Below, piece after piece: positions 25,848 to 33,693 of a DNA stretch of 34,009 nt. The stretch's first letter is position 1. Every line of letters starts with the position of its first letter. Both the position numbers and the translations under genes were made by a program. Source of the DNA: Phycisphaerae bacterium SM23_33 (lineage in GTDB: Bacteria > Planctomycetota > Phycisphaerae > SM23-33); contig LJUF01000010.1 in NCBI GenBank assembly GCA_001303665.1, forward strand, positions 1 to 34,009, given 5' to 3'. The notes beneath the pieces are model-generated. The model was not told where the DNA came from, did no database searches, and saw only the letters and a program-made list of their open reading frames with translations.

Positions 25848-26825
25848 GTGGCAGCCAAGATCATCGACGGTGAGGCGGTAGCCGAGGAAATCAAGAAGAA
25901 GGTGGCCGCGGACGCGGCCGAACTGGCCCAGGCCGGCAGGCCGCCCCACCTGGTGGCGGTGCAAGTCGGGGAAAACCCGGCTTCCAAGATCTACACCAAC
26001 ATGCAGGCCAAGGCCTGCGAATCGGTGGGGATCCAATACGAGCTGCTCAACCTGCCGGAAGATACGACCCAGGAGGCGCTGCTGGCCAAGGTCGGCGAAC
26101 TGAACGCCGACAAGAAGGTAACGGGCCTGATCCTCCAGATGCCCGTTCCCCCCCAGATCGACGCCCGCCAGGTCCAGGTGAGGCTCTCGCCGGCCAAGGA
26201 TGTCGAGGGCATGCACCCTGAAAACATGGGCCGGCTGTTCTACGGCGGCGGCATCGTCGCCCCTTGCACGGCCCTGGCCGCGGTGGAGCTGCTCAAGCGG
26301 GCCTGCCCGAACCTCACCGGCAAAGAGACGGTCATCGTCGGCCACAGCGAGATCGTGGGCAAGCCCGTGGCCATGATCCTGCTGCAGTCGCTGAACGAGT
26401 CCCCCACCGCCACCGTCTGCCACATTGCCACGAAGGACCTGGCCGCCCACACCCGCCGGGCCGAGGTGCTCATCGTCGCCACCGGCGTTTCGCAGGCGCG
26501 GTGGCAGGCCTACAGCCGAAGGAAAAAGGCCGGCGAGAAGCCCCCGCTGCCGGACCTGTCGCCGTTGATCAAGGCCGACATGCTCCGGCAGGGCGCCATC
26601 GTCATTGACGTGGCCATGAACCGCATCCCCAAGGGCTTCGACGACAGCGGCGAGCCCCTGAAAAACGAAAAGGGCAGCACCATCATGCAGACCGTCGGCG
26701 ACGTGGACTTCGCCGCGGCCAAGGAAAAGGTCGCCGCCATCACCCCCGTCCCCGGCGGCGTGGGGCCGGTCACCGTGGCCATGCTGCTGGCCAACACCGT
26801 GGCCTGCGCCGAGGCCCTGGCCTGA
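25848..26825 (+). CDS. folD: Bifunctional methylene-THF dehydrogenase / methenyl-THF cyclohydrolase
   Basis: The GTG at 25848 is preceded by AAGGAG. Sequence includes IIDGEAVA..., LILQMPVP, VIVGHSEIVGKP and TPVPGGVGPVTVAML. At 325 aa it is longer than the ~285 aa I recall as typical, because of two insertions. Confidence 0.92.
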   Translation: MAAKIIDGEAVAEEIKKKVAADAAELAQAGRPPHLVAVQVGENPASKIYTNMQAKACESVGIQYELLNLPEDTTQEALLAKVGELNADKKVTGLILQMPVPPQIDARQVQVRLSPAKDVEGMHPENMGRLFYGGGIVAPCTALAAVELLKRACPNLTGKETVIVGHSEIVGKPVAMILLQSLNESPTATVCHIATKDLAAHTRRAEVLIVATGVSQARWQAYSRRKKAGEKPPLPDLSPLIKADMLRQGAIVIDVAMNRIPKGFDDSGEPLKNEKGSTIMQTVGDVDFAAAKEKVAAITPVPGGVGPVTVAMLLANTVACAEALA

Positions 26826-26949
26826 GAGGCGACCGACGGCGAGGGATCAAGGGTCCAGGCCGCGGCAGCGGCTTGCAAGTCCGTGTCGAATTGCTATGGT
26901 CGGCCTCAGGAAATGACCCGGTCCGGCCAACAGCCCTGAGGGCTTCGCC

Positions 26950-29244
26950 ATGGACATTGCCAGCCAACTCCAGTTCCACCCGCTGTTCGCCACCTTCAGC
27001 CCTGATGCCCTGGCCGAGGTCGTCCGCGCCAGCACCGCCGTTACCTACCAGCCGGGCGACGTCTGCATCCGGCAGGGCGAGGCCGGAGAGGTCTTCGGAG
27101 TCCTGATCTCCGGGAAGCTGGAGGCGGCCCGCGACCTGGGCACCGAGCAGCGCGAACGCCTGGGCACGATTGAACCGGGCGAATGCTTCGGGGAGATGTC
27201 GCTGCTGACCGGCAGCCCGGCCGCGGCCGAGGTGGTGGCGGTGACGGAATCCGAGGCCGTCGTCTTTCTCCAGGAGGCCATCGGCCCCCTCATCGCCCTC
27301 AACCGCAACGCCGTCCAGCTTCTGACTCGGTTGATGGCACGCCGGCTGGCCGGCCCCAGGCCGCAGGCGACGTCGCCGCGCCCGGCCGCGGTCACCTACA
27401 GCCTGGGCGCCAGCGGCCCCATGCGAATCCTGTCCATAAGCTGCCGCCGGGACGATCTGCGGTACAGCTACTTCGACACGACCTCCGAGCAGGCGCTGGC
27501 AACGGGCAGCGCGACCGGCCTGGGCGGCCAGGAGGCGGTTCACACTCACCGCGGCCCCAAGGGCGCACTTCAGGAGCGGGTCGGCCCCCCCACCCACGAG
27601 GCGGCGCTGGCCGCGGCCCTGGACGCGTTGACAGCCGCCGACGGCGGGCTGCTCGGCTCGGCGGCGGAACTGTCGGCCATCGGGCACCGCGTCTGCCACG
27701 GCGGGCTCGGCTTCAACGGCCCGGCGGTGGTGGATGAGCAGGTGCTGGAGGAGATCCGCCGGCTGGCGCCCCTGGCCCCGATGGAAAACCCCTACAATCT
27801 GCTCGGAATCGAGGCCTGCCGGAAGCTCGCCCCGGGCGTCGCCCAGGTGGCTGTCTTCGACACGGCCTTCCACCTGAGGATGCCGGCCGCGGCCTGCCGC
27901 TACGCCCTGCCCCAAGACCTGGCCGGGGAGGTCGAACTCCGCCGGTTCGGCTCCCACGGGATTTCGCACGAAGGTGCGGCCCGGGCCGCCTGCGCTTACC
28001 TCGGCAGGAACTTCGACACGCTGAAAATCATCAGCTGCCACCTCGGCACGGGGGCCTCGCTGACGGCCATCGATCACGGCCGGCCGGTGGACAATACCAT
28101 GGGCTTCACCCCCATGGAGGGGCTGGTCATGGCCACGCGGCCGGGCGACGTGGACCCCGGTCTCCTGCTGTACCTGATCGCCCAGCGCGGCATCCCCGCG
28201 GAGGAGCTGACCCGCCGGCTGTACACCGAGTCGGGCCTGCTGGGGCTGTCGGGCATCTCCGGTGACGTCCTTACCGTGCTCGGGGCCGCCGATGAGGGAA
28301 ATCCCCAGGCCCTGCTGGCCATGCAGGTCTATTGCCACCGGGCGCGGAAATACCTCAGCGCCTACGTGGGGCTGCTGGGCGGCGTGGACGGGATCGTCTT
28401 CACCGGCGGCGTGGGCCAGAACGCCCCCGGCCTGCGGGCCCGCATCTGCCAGGGCCTGGAATGGATGGGCATCGTGCTGGACGAAGGGCGCAACCGCCAA
28501 GCCCGGCCGGGGGCGGGCGAAGTGGCCGAGATCTCCCAGAGCCAGTCGCGGGCCCGCGTGCTGGCCGTCGGCAGCAGCGAGGACCACACCATCGCGATCC
28601 AGGCCGTCCGCGCCGTGACGCAAAGACGCGTCACCGACGTCATCCGCCACCAGCAAAAGCCGATCCCCATCAGTGTTTCCGCTCACCACGTCCATCTCAC
28701 CCAGGAGCACGTCGAGGCACTTTACGGGGCCGGGCGGGAGCTCACCTGGTACGCCGAACTCTCTCAGCCAGGCCAGTTCGCCTGCAACGAGCAGCTCTCC
28801 CTGATCGGACCCAAGGGCCGCATCGACCACGTGCGAGTCCTCGGGCCCGTGCGGCCGGAAACCCAGGTCGAAATCTCCCGCACCGAGGAATTCAAGCTGG
28901 GCATCGACGCCCCCATCCGCATGTCCGGAGACCTGGACGGCACGCCGGGCCTTACCCTGCAAGGCCCACAGGGCCAGGTCCATCTCCAGCGCGGCGTCAT
29001 CTGCGCCATGCGACACATTCACATGTCGCCGGCCGACGCCATGGAGTTCGCCGTCCGCGACCGCGACACCGTCCGCGTCCGCGTCCCCGGCGAGCGCTCG
29101 CTGGTCTTCGGCGACGTGGCCGTCCGGGTCAATCCGGACTACCGCCTGGACATGCACATCGACACCGACGAGGCCAACGCCGCCGAGCTCAGCCCCGGGG
29201 CCGTCGGCTACCTCGACTCCATCCAACAAAGGGCCTCCGCCTGA
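26950..29244 (+). CDS. Triple fusion: CAP/cNMP-binding-type effector domain plus acetate/propionate kinase-family domain plus PduL-type phosphotransacylase
   Basis: 764 aa. Residues ~8-125 form the cNMP-type beta-barrel (GECFGEMSLL). Residues ~158-556 are the kinase family (GHRVCHGG, VAVFDTAFH, RRFGSHGISH, ISCHLGTGASLTAIDHG, IVFTGGVGQN). Residues ~571-748 are PduL (VSAHHVHL, SQPGQFAC, AMRHIHM, HIDTDEANAA). GAGGG lies 9 nt upstream of the ATG. Confidence 0.88.
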   Translation: MDIASQLQFHPLFATFSPDALAEVVRASTAVTYQPGDVCIRQGEAGEVFGVLISGKLEAARDLGTEQRERLGTIEPGECFGEMSLLTGSPAAAEVVAVTESEAVVFLQEAIGPLIALNRNAVQLLTRLMARRLAGPRPQATSPRPAAVTYSLGASGPMRILSISCRRDDLRYSYFDTTSEQALATGSATGLGGQEAVHTHRGPKGALQERVGPPTHEAALAAALDALTAADGGLLGSAAELSAIGHRVCHGGLGFNGPAVVDEQVLEEIRRLAPLAPMENPYNLLGIEACRKLAPGVAQVAVFDTAFHLRMPAAACRYALPQDLAGEVELRRFGSHGISHEGAARAACAYLGRNFDTLKIISCHLGTGASLTAIDHGRPVDNTMGFTPMEGLVMATRPGDVDPGLLLYLIAQRGIPAEELTRRLYTESGLLGLSGISGDVLTVLGAADEGNPQALLAMQVYCHRARKYLSAYVGLLGGVDGIVFTGGVGQNAPGLRARICQGLEWMGIVLDEGRNRQARPGAGEVAEISQSQSRARVLAVGSSEDHTIAIQAVRAVTQRRVTDVIRHQQKPIPISVSAHHVHLTQEHVEALYGAGRELTWYAELSQPGQFACNEQLSLIGPKGRIDHVRVLGPVRPETQVEISRTEEFKLGIDAPIRMSGDLDGTPGLTLQGPQGQVHLQRGVICAMRHIHMSPADAMEFAVRDRDTVRVRVPGERSLVFGDVAVRVNPDYRLDMHIDTDEANAAELSPGAVGYLDSIQQRASA

Positions 29245-29265
29245 ATCGCCGCAGGCCAACATCCG

Positions 29266-29290
29266 CCCCCCGCCCAACCCCTGCGGGGGG
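29266..29290 (+). terminator. Weak candidate terminator hairpin after the fusion gene
   Basis: CCCCCCGC-N9-GCGGGGGG forms an 8-bp GC stem 22 nt after the stop codon. There is no adjacent U-tract; the nearest TTTT is ~15 nt downstream. Confidence 0.25.
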
Positions 29291-29631
29291 TATCCGCTGA
29301 ACCCATTTTGACGGGATTCGAACGTCTCCTGGGGGCAGAGTCCCGGCCGGGGGCGCAAGCCGTAAGACCTTTTCAGCAAAAGGCGTGACGCACTCAAGCG
29401 AGCCCTTTCAGCCGACGCCATCCCCCCGCCGCCGAGCGAAAAAGTCGTTCACTCGTCTCATTTCAGGCTCTTTTTTGCCCTCCAGCCCAGGGCCCCAAGG
29501 ACTTGCGCCGCCTCACTTGGCTCAGAACGCGGTCTCAAACCCCCCAGACTGCCACCTGTCGATACCTGACGGCTCTCTCAGGTCTTTACCGTAGAGGGGT
29601 ACCCAGTCCAGCAGCCCGCCGGCCCACGGCC

Positions 29632-30300
29632 TCAATCGCCTTTCGGACAGATCGCAAGCCAGGTCTTGGCCTGCTCCAGCAGGCCGGGGGCAAAGATGTA
29701 GTTTCTCGCGTGGTGGCCGCCCCCGCCGGTGAGCTTGCGAAGATAGTGCCACACATCCTTGCGATAAAGCTGGCTGAAGAACTCGGCCTCTGGAAAGCGC
29801 GACCCGATCAGGCCGCGGAAGTCCTCCGCCGAGAAGTGCACCTGGTGATACGGCGCGTCCTTCTGCTCGCGCAGTTCCTTGGTGCCGTTGGGGATGGAGA
29901 GCATCAGCGTGCCGCCGGCGGCCAGCGCGTCCCGCAGCCGCTCCAGGCAAAGCCGCGGATCGCGCACGTGCTCGAAGGTCTCGAAGCTGGTGATCAGGTC
30001 ATACGGCCCGCCCGGCAGCGGCTGGTGAAGGTCGTGCACCCCGTAACGCAGGTTGGGCCGGCGGTATCTCGCCGCCGCCGTGCTCACCAACTCCGCGTCC
30101 AGGTCCAGCCCCAGAACCGAATCAGCCGCCCGCGCCATGCAGGCCGAGCCGTAGCCCGCCCCGCAGGCTATGTCCAGCACGCGCTTCCCGGCCGCCCGCC
30201 TGGCCGCGTGAAGATAACGAGCGTAGAAGCGCCCGTGCCGCCGGGCGGCCTCGGCCAGACTCGTCGGCCGAATCGAGGTTCCCAGGACGTTCCCTTCCAT
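29632..30300 (-). CDS. Class I SAM-dependent methyltransferase (small-molecule/Methyltransf_11/23-like)
   Basis: Motif I VLDIACGAGYGS, acidic motif II LGLDLD, and post-I DLITSFETFEHV. The likely start is MEGNVLG at 30300, giving 222 aa. The ORF-track start at 30513 adds an implausible Pro/Gly/Arg-rich extension. Confidence 0.78.
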   Translation of the reverse strand: MEGNVLGTSIRPTSLAEAARRHGRFYARYLHAARRAAGKRVLDIACGAGYGSACMARAADSVLGLDLDAELVSTAAARYRRPNLRYGVHDLHQPLPGGPYDLITSFETFEHVRDPRLCLERLRDALAAGGTLMLSIPNGTKELREQKDAPYHQVHFSAEDFRGLIGSRFPEAEFFSQLYRKDVWHYLRKLTGGGGHHARNYIFAPGLLEQAKTWLAICPKGD

Positions 30301-30526
30301 GGCCGGGATTATACGCCCCCGCCCGGTGAGCATCGGATCGAAATCAGCACCCCCCATGCGCGCCCGCCACATGCTCCCGAGACGCCGAGCTCTGCCAGCC
30401 AGGGGCCGACCCTCCCGCCGCCCCCCCGGCCAGGCCGGCGGCATGGGCCCCCGTACAGGCCTGCTTCCTCCGGGCGGGCATCGCCAGGGAGGTCCACAAG
30501 GTTCGGTAGCCACACGCGACCGGTAG

Positions 30527-30931
30527 CTATCGAACGTACGATTGTGTCCGAGTGACCACGGCCTTCCGGGCGGCAGCCCGTCGCTTGCGGGTCAGGACTG
30601 CTTTGCGCGCAGCGGCCTTTCGGGTTGCCTTGCGCAACTTCCGGGTGGCTACCGCCTTCTCCCCGGCGTCTTTCATTCGCTTCGACCAATTGGCGCGCTT
30701 ATCTCGGTCGCGGAGGACTCGGAGAAGATCCGTAGGAATCAAGTCGATGTCATGCATCTTGTGACAATTGGGACACAAGATGACCAAGTTGGCAATGTGG
30801 TTGTTCTGTCGGTTGCCGTCCATGTGCGCGACCTCCAACACCTCCGGGACTCCGAAACCGCAGTACGCACAAATTGGAGGGTGATGCTTGAAGGCAAGCC
30901 GCCTGTAGTTCACACGTGGTTTGATATTCAT
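30527..30931 (-). CDS. HNH endonuclease with a Lys/Arg-rich repetitive C-terminal tail
   Basis: The HNH core is CAYCG...EVAHMDGNRQNNHIANLVILCPNCHKMHD. The tail is KAVATRKLRKATRKAAARKAVLTRKRRAAARKAVVTR. The local sequence is visibly AT-richer than the surrounding genome. Confidence 0.8.
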   Translation of the reverse strand: MNIKPRVNYRRLAFKHHPPICAYCGFGVPEVLEVAHMDGNRQNNHIANLVILCPNCHKMHDIDLIPTDLLRVLRDRDKRANWSKRMKDAGEKAVATRKLRKATRKAAARKAVLTRKRRAAARKAVVTRTQSYVR

Positions 30932-31160
30932 CCTGCCACCCTCGACTGTTCCAAACCGAAAGATCGAGGCGATTTTAGCGAATGCCTAACGCCACAGCAA
31001 TCGCAGCCGGCCGAGCCTTCGTCGAACTGTTCGCCTTTCGACGGGCTCAGGAGAATGCCGACGACAGGAAGCTCGTGCGCGGGCCGGGGCATGCGGATCG
31101 GGACTTCGGCCCCGATGCCGGCGCGTTCGGATCGGTACCTCGGCCCATAGGGGCCTCGGC

Positions 31161-31832
31161 TCAGGCTCGGCGCCTTCGCCTCAACACCAAGCAGGCGCCT
31201 GCGGCGAAAAATCCCAGCGTGGCGGGCTCCGGGACAGCATAGATGGCGCCGCCAAGATTGGCATGACCAAAGTGCTCGTTTTGCACCCAGCCGCTCACGC
31301 CTGAGTTCCACCAGTAGAAGTCCGGGCTGCTGCTCCCGATGGATGGTGGATCGTAGAACTTGCTGTTTATGGCGGTAGTGGTCTGCTGGTCGGTGAGAAC
31401 GTAAGCCCACGTGATCGTGTCAGGAACCGTCACGTTAGGGATATCAATTGAAACAAGGTTGTAGCCGTCTGACAGGGGTACGTCGTCCAAGAGTCCACTG
31501 TCCCACAGCACCGTCCCTGGTTTTCCGTCAGACCCATCGTTCAGATATATCCGGGCCAGCAGATCGGTGGTTCCATCCCCCGAGATGAGCGGGATCTCCA
31601 GTCTCGTCAATTCGCGGACCGTTCCCGCCAGAGTAACCTCATCGCCGCGCCAGACCCCGTCTACGCCTGTCATGCTGCTCCTGTCGATGCCAGGCAAGTT
31701 GCTGTAGACGGCGGTTTCGGCGAGTGATGTGCCCGCCGAAGCTCCCAAAGCCGCCGCCATCGCCAGAGACGCCCAGATGCCAGTCCTGGCCGCCATGATC
31801 GCCCTTTTCACAGATCCTTGCGAGTCTCTCAT
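31161..31832 (-). CDS. PEP-CTERM-anchored secreted protein, function unknown
   Basis: The ATG at 31832 is preceded by AAGGAGAGGG. It has a signal-peptide-like N-terminus (...AMAAALGASAGTSLAE). The C-terminal VPEPATLGFFAAGACLVLRRRRRA is a canonical PEP-CTERM sorting signal. Confidence 0.8.
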   Translation of the reverse strand: MRDSQGSVKRAIMAARTGIWASLAMAAALGASAGTSLAETAVYSNLPGIDRSSMTGVDGVWRGDEVTLAGTVRELTRLEIPLISGDGTTDLLARIYLNDGSDGKPGTVLWDSGLLDDVPLSDGYNLVSIDIPNVTVPDTITWAYVLTDQQTTTAINSKFYDPPSIGSSSPDFYWWNSGVSGWVQNEHFGHANLGGAIYAVPEPATLGFFAAGACLVLRRRRRA

Positions 31833-32175
31833 GCTTGCCCTCTCCTTTGGGATGTAATGCCCCTAAGGGGCTTTCGGGTTCTCGGGGCGCCCGACGGCCG
31901 GCCTCGCGCCTCCGGCCGCCAGCACCCCTGTCGTCGTGAGAAGTGCCAGGTGTCTCGTAAGACCTTCGCCTCCCGTGCCTGGCTGTTGTCTCCTCAATTC
32001 AGCCCATGGACGCCCTCGGCCGAACCACCGGCCGAATGCGCCGCTTCCTTGGCGCACAGCAGCACCGCTGAGCAATTGAGCTTGTCCCTAAGGGAGGGAA
32101 CTACCCTCCGAAAGACGTGGCCCGAAAAGCCGGGCCCCTCACAGGACGGGTATCATATCACGGATCGGGATTCTG

Positions 32176-33693
32176 TCAAGGCTTGACAGTGGCTGCGCGC
32201 CGGCGAATCAGGGCCAGGCCGCCCAGGGCCAGCAGCGTCAGGGCGGCGGGCTCGGGGACCCCGGCCCCGCAGCCTTCCAGGTAATGCAGCGACCAGAGGT
32301 TGTAGTCCAGCCCGTCCACCTCGCCGTCGCTGTTGAAGTCGCCCTCCGGCCAGCCGCCGGCCTGGAGGTAATGCAGGGACCAATTGTTGTAGTCTAGCCC
32401 GTCCACGCAGCCGTCGTAGTTGGCGTCGCCCATGGGCGAAGCGAACTCGTCGGCCCCATAGTCGTAGCCGGCTCCTGCTGGCCTGGGACCGCCGTCGATG
32501 TCGTCCGGGACCTCCCACAATGGCTGCGCCTGGTCGATGAGGGCCGTCGCCAGCCTGGTGAGGTGGAGCTCGCCGCCGGCCGGGTCCAGGAACCACTCGG
32601 GCAACACCGGCGTCACGAAGTCTACAATGTTGCCCCAGTAGTCGGCCACCACCCAGGGGGACCAGTCGCCCGTAGACTGATCCAGGATTCCCCCGCGGAT
32701 GATGTTGTTCACCAGGACCAGGTTCGTCGTCTGGCCCGGCCTGGTCCAGTCGTCGAGGATCCGCAGCGTCCACAGGTGCGAGGCATCCTCGCTGTAGACG
32801 GTGTTGTTGAACACCTCGAAATCCATAGTGTAGTCCAGCTCCATCGCCCGGTCGTCGGCGGACTCGCCGCGGCGTAGGATGATGTTGTTGCGGACGATCC
32901 CCTCCACGGCGTGCCAGGGCAACGTGTGGGAATGGCTGTCCGGCGGGGGATAATTGCCGATGGCGATCCCGTGGCCACAGCGGACAACCACGTTTCGCTC
33001 CAGCAGCAGGTCGCTGACGCCGTTCCAGAGGAGGAAGGCGGCCTGCCCGGTGCCCTCGGCGTCGCGGATGTTCTTGGCGACGCAGTCGCGGATGGTCCAC
33101 TCGTGGATGTTGGTGGCCTCGATGCCGCCGACGTTGTTGACGGGGTGGCCCCCCGGCCCCTGGATGTACTCCTGTGTCTGCTCCATCCACAGGTTCTCGA
33201 TCAGCACGCCGTAAGAGACCCGGGAATCGGCGTACCCCATGACGTGCCGGCGTCCGCAGTCGAGGGTCTTGACGTTGGAGATGATGAGGTCGTTGGCGTA
33301 GCTGCTGGTGTCGCCGATGAGGATGCCATTTCCCCAGAAGTCGCGGATGGTCAGGTCGTGGAGTCGGACACCGTCGGCGGCCACCCGGATGCCGTACGTC
33401 ACGCCGCTGTCGGTGTTCATGCCGTTGCCGTGCAACACCACGTCATCGCGGTTGCCCGTCTCGCCGCGGAAGGTGAGGTTGGACGCCGTCACGTGTAGCG
33501 GGGTGACGACGTGGTACTCCCCCGGGGCGATCACGATCTCGTCGCCGGGCTCGGCGGTGTACGTGGCCTCGAAGATCTCCTGGAAGGTGTCGCAGTAGTG
33601 GATCGTGCCGCCCTCCGTCGCCGCCGCCGCCGCCAACAACGACCCCGTCAGGACCAGGGCCCGCAGTCTCCGGCAAACCGCTTGCGAATCCAT
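32176..33693 (-). CDS. Secreted right-handed beta-helix protein with two dockerin-like Ca-binding repeats and a PEP-CTERM anchor
   Basis: The ATG at 33693 is preceded by AAGGAGG. It has a signal peptide (LRALVLTGSLLAAAAA). Beta-helix repeats are present (NLTFRG..., LHDLTIRDF..., ISNVKTLD..., NNIILRRG..., VFNNTVY). There is a pair of DxNxDGxVDGLDYNxWSLHY repeats. The C-terminus is VPEPAALTLLALGGLALIRRR. The ORF-track start at 33885 is probably too long. Confidence 0.8.
   Translation of the reverse strand: MDSQAVCRRLRALVLTGSLLAAAAATEGGTIHYCDTFQEIFEATYTAEPGDEIVIAPGEYHVVTPLHVTASNLTFRGETGNRDDVVLHGNGMNTDSGVTYGIRVAADGVRLHDLTIRDFWGNGILIGDTSSYANDLIISNVKTLDCGRRHVMGYADSRVSYGVLIENLWMEQTQEYIQGPGGHPVNNVGGIEATNIHEWTIRDCVAKNIRDAEGTGQAAFLLWNGVSDLLLERNVVVRCGHGIAIGNYPPPDSHSHTLPWHAVEGIVRNNIILRRGESADDRAMELDYTMDFEVFNNTVYSEDASHLWTLRILDDWTRPGQTTNLVLVNNIIRGGILDQSTGDWSPWVVADYWGNIVDFVTPVLPEWFLDPAGGELHLTRLATALIDQAQPLWEVPDDIDGGPRPAGAGYDYGADEFASPMGDANYDGCVDGLDYNNWSLHYLQAGGWPEGDFNSDGEVDGLDYNLWSLHYLEGCGAGVPEPAALTLLALGGLALIRRRAATVKP

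Noticed and set aside
29311-29330. A tRNA T-loop-like string on the minus strand (GACGTTCGAATCCCGTC). It could indicate a tRNA gene or an integrase att remnant at the boundary of the accessory region.
   Set aside because: When registered on GTTCGAATC, the flanking bases do not form a T-stem (only 2 of 5 pairs). No acceptor or anticodon arms can be drawn, and no integrase is nearby. It is most likely a chance match.
29632-30931. HNH nuclease plus methyltransferase interpreted as a type II restriction-modification pair.
   Set aside because: The methyltransferase has a generic class I small-molecule-type layout (VLDIACGAGYGS ... SFETFEHV). It lacks a DPPY/NPPY or PCQ-type catalytic motif and has no target-recognition domain. 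The gene pair alone is insufficient.
32173-32189. 17-nt palindrome CTGTCAAG-G-CTTGACAG overlapping the stop codon of the beta-helix gene. It could be a terminator or an operator, and it contains TTGACA on both strands.
   Set aside because: A 1-nt loop is sterically impossible for a full hairpin. No U-tract follows on the transcribed strand. It lies 340 nt from the next start codon. It could be real, but nothing else supports it.
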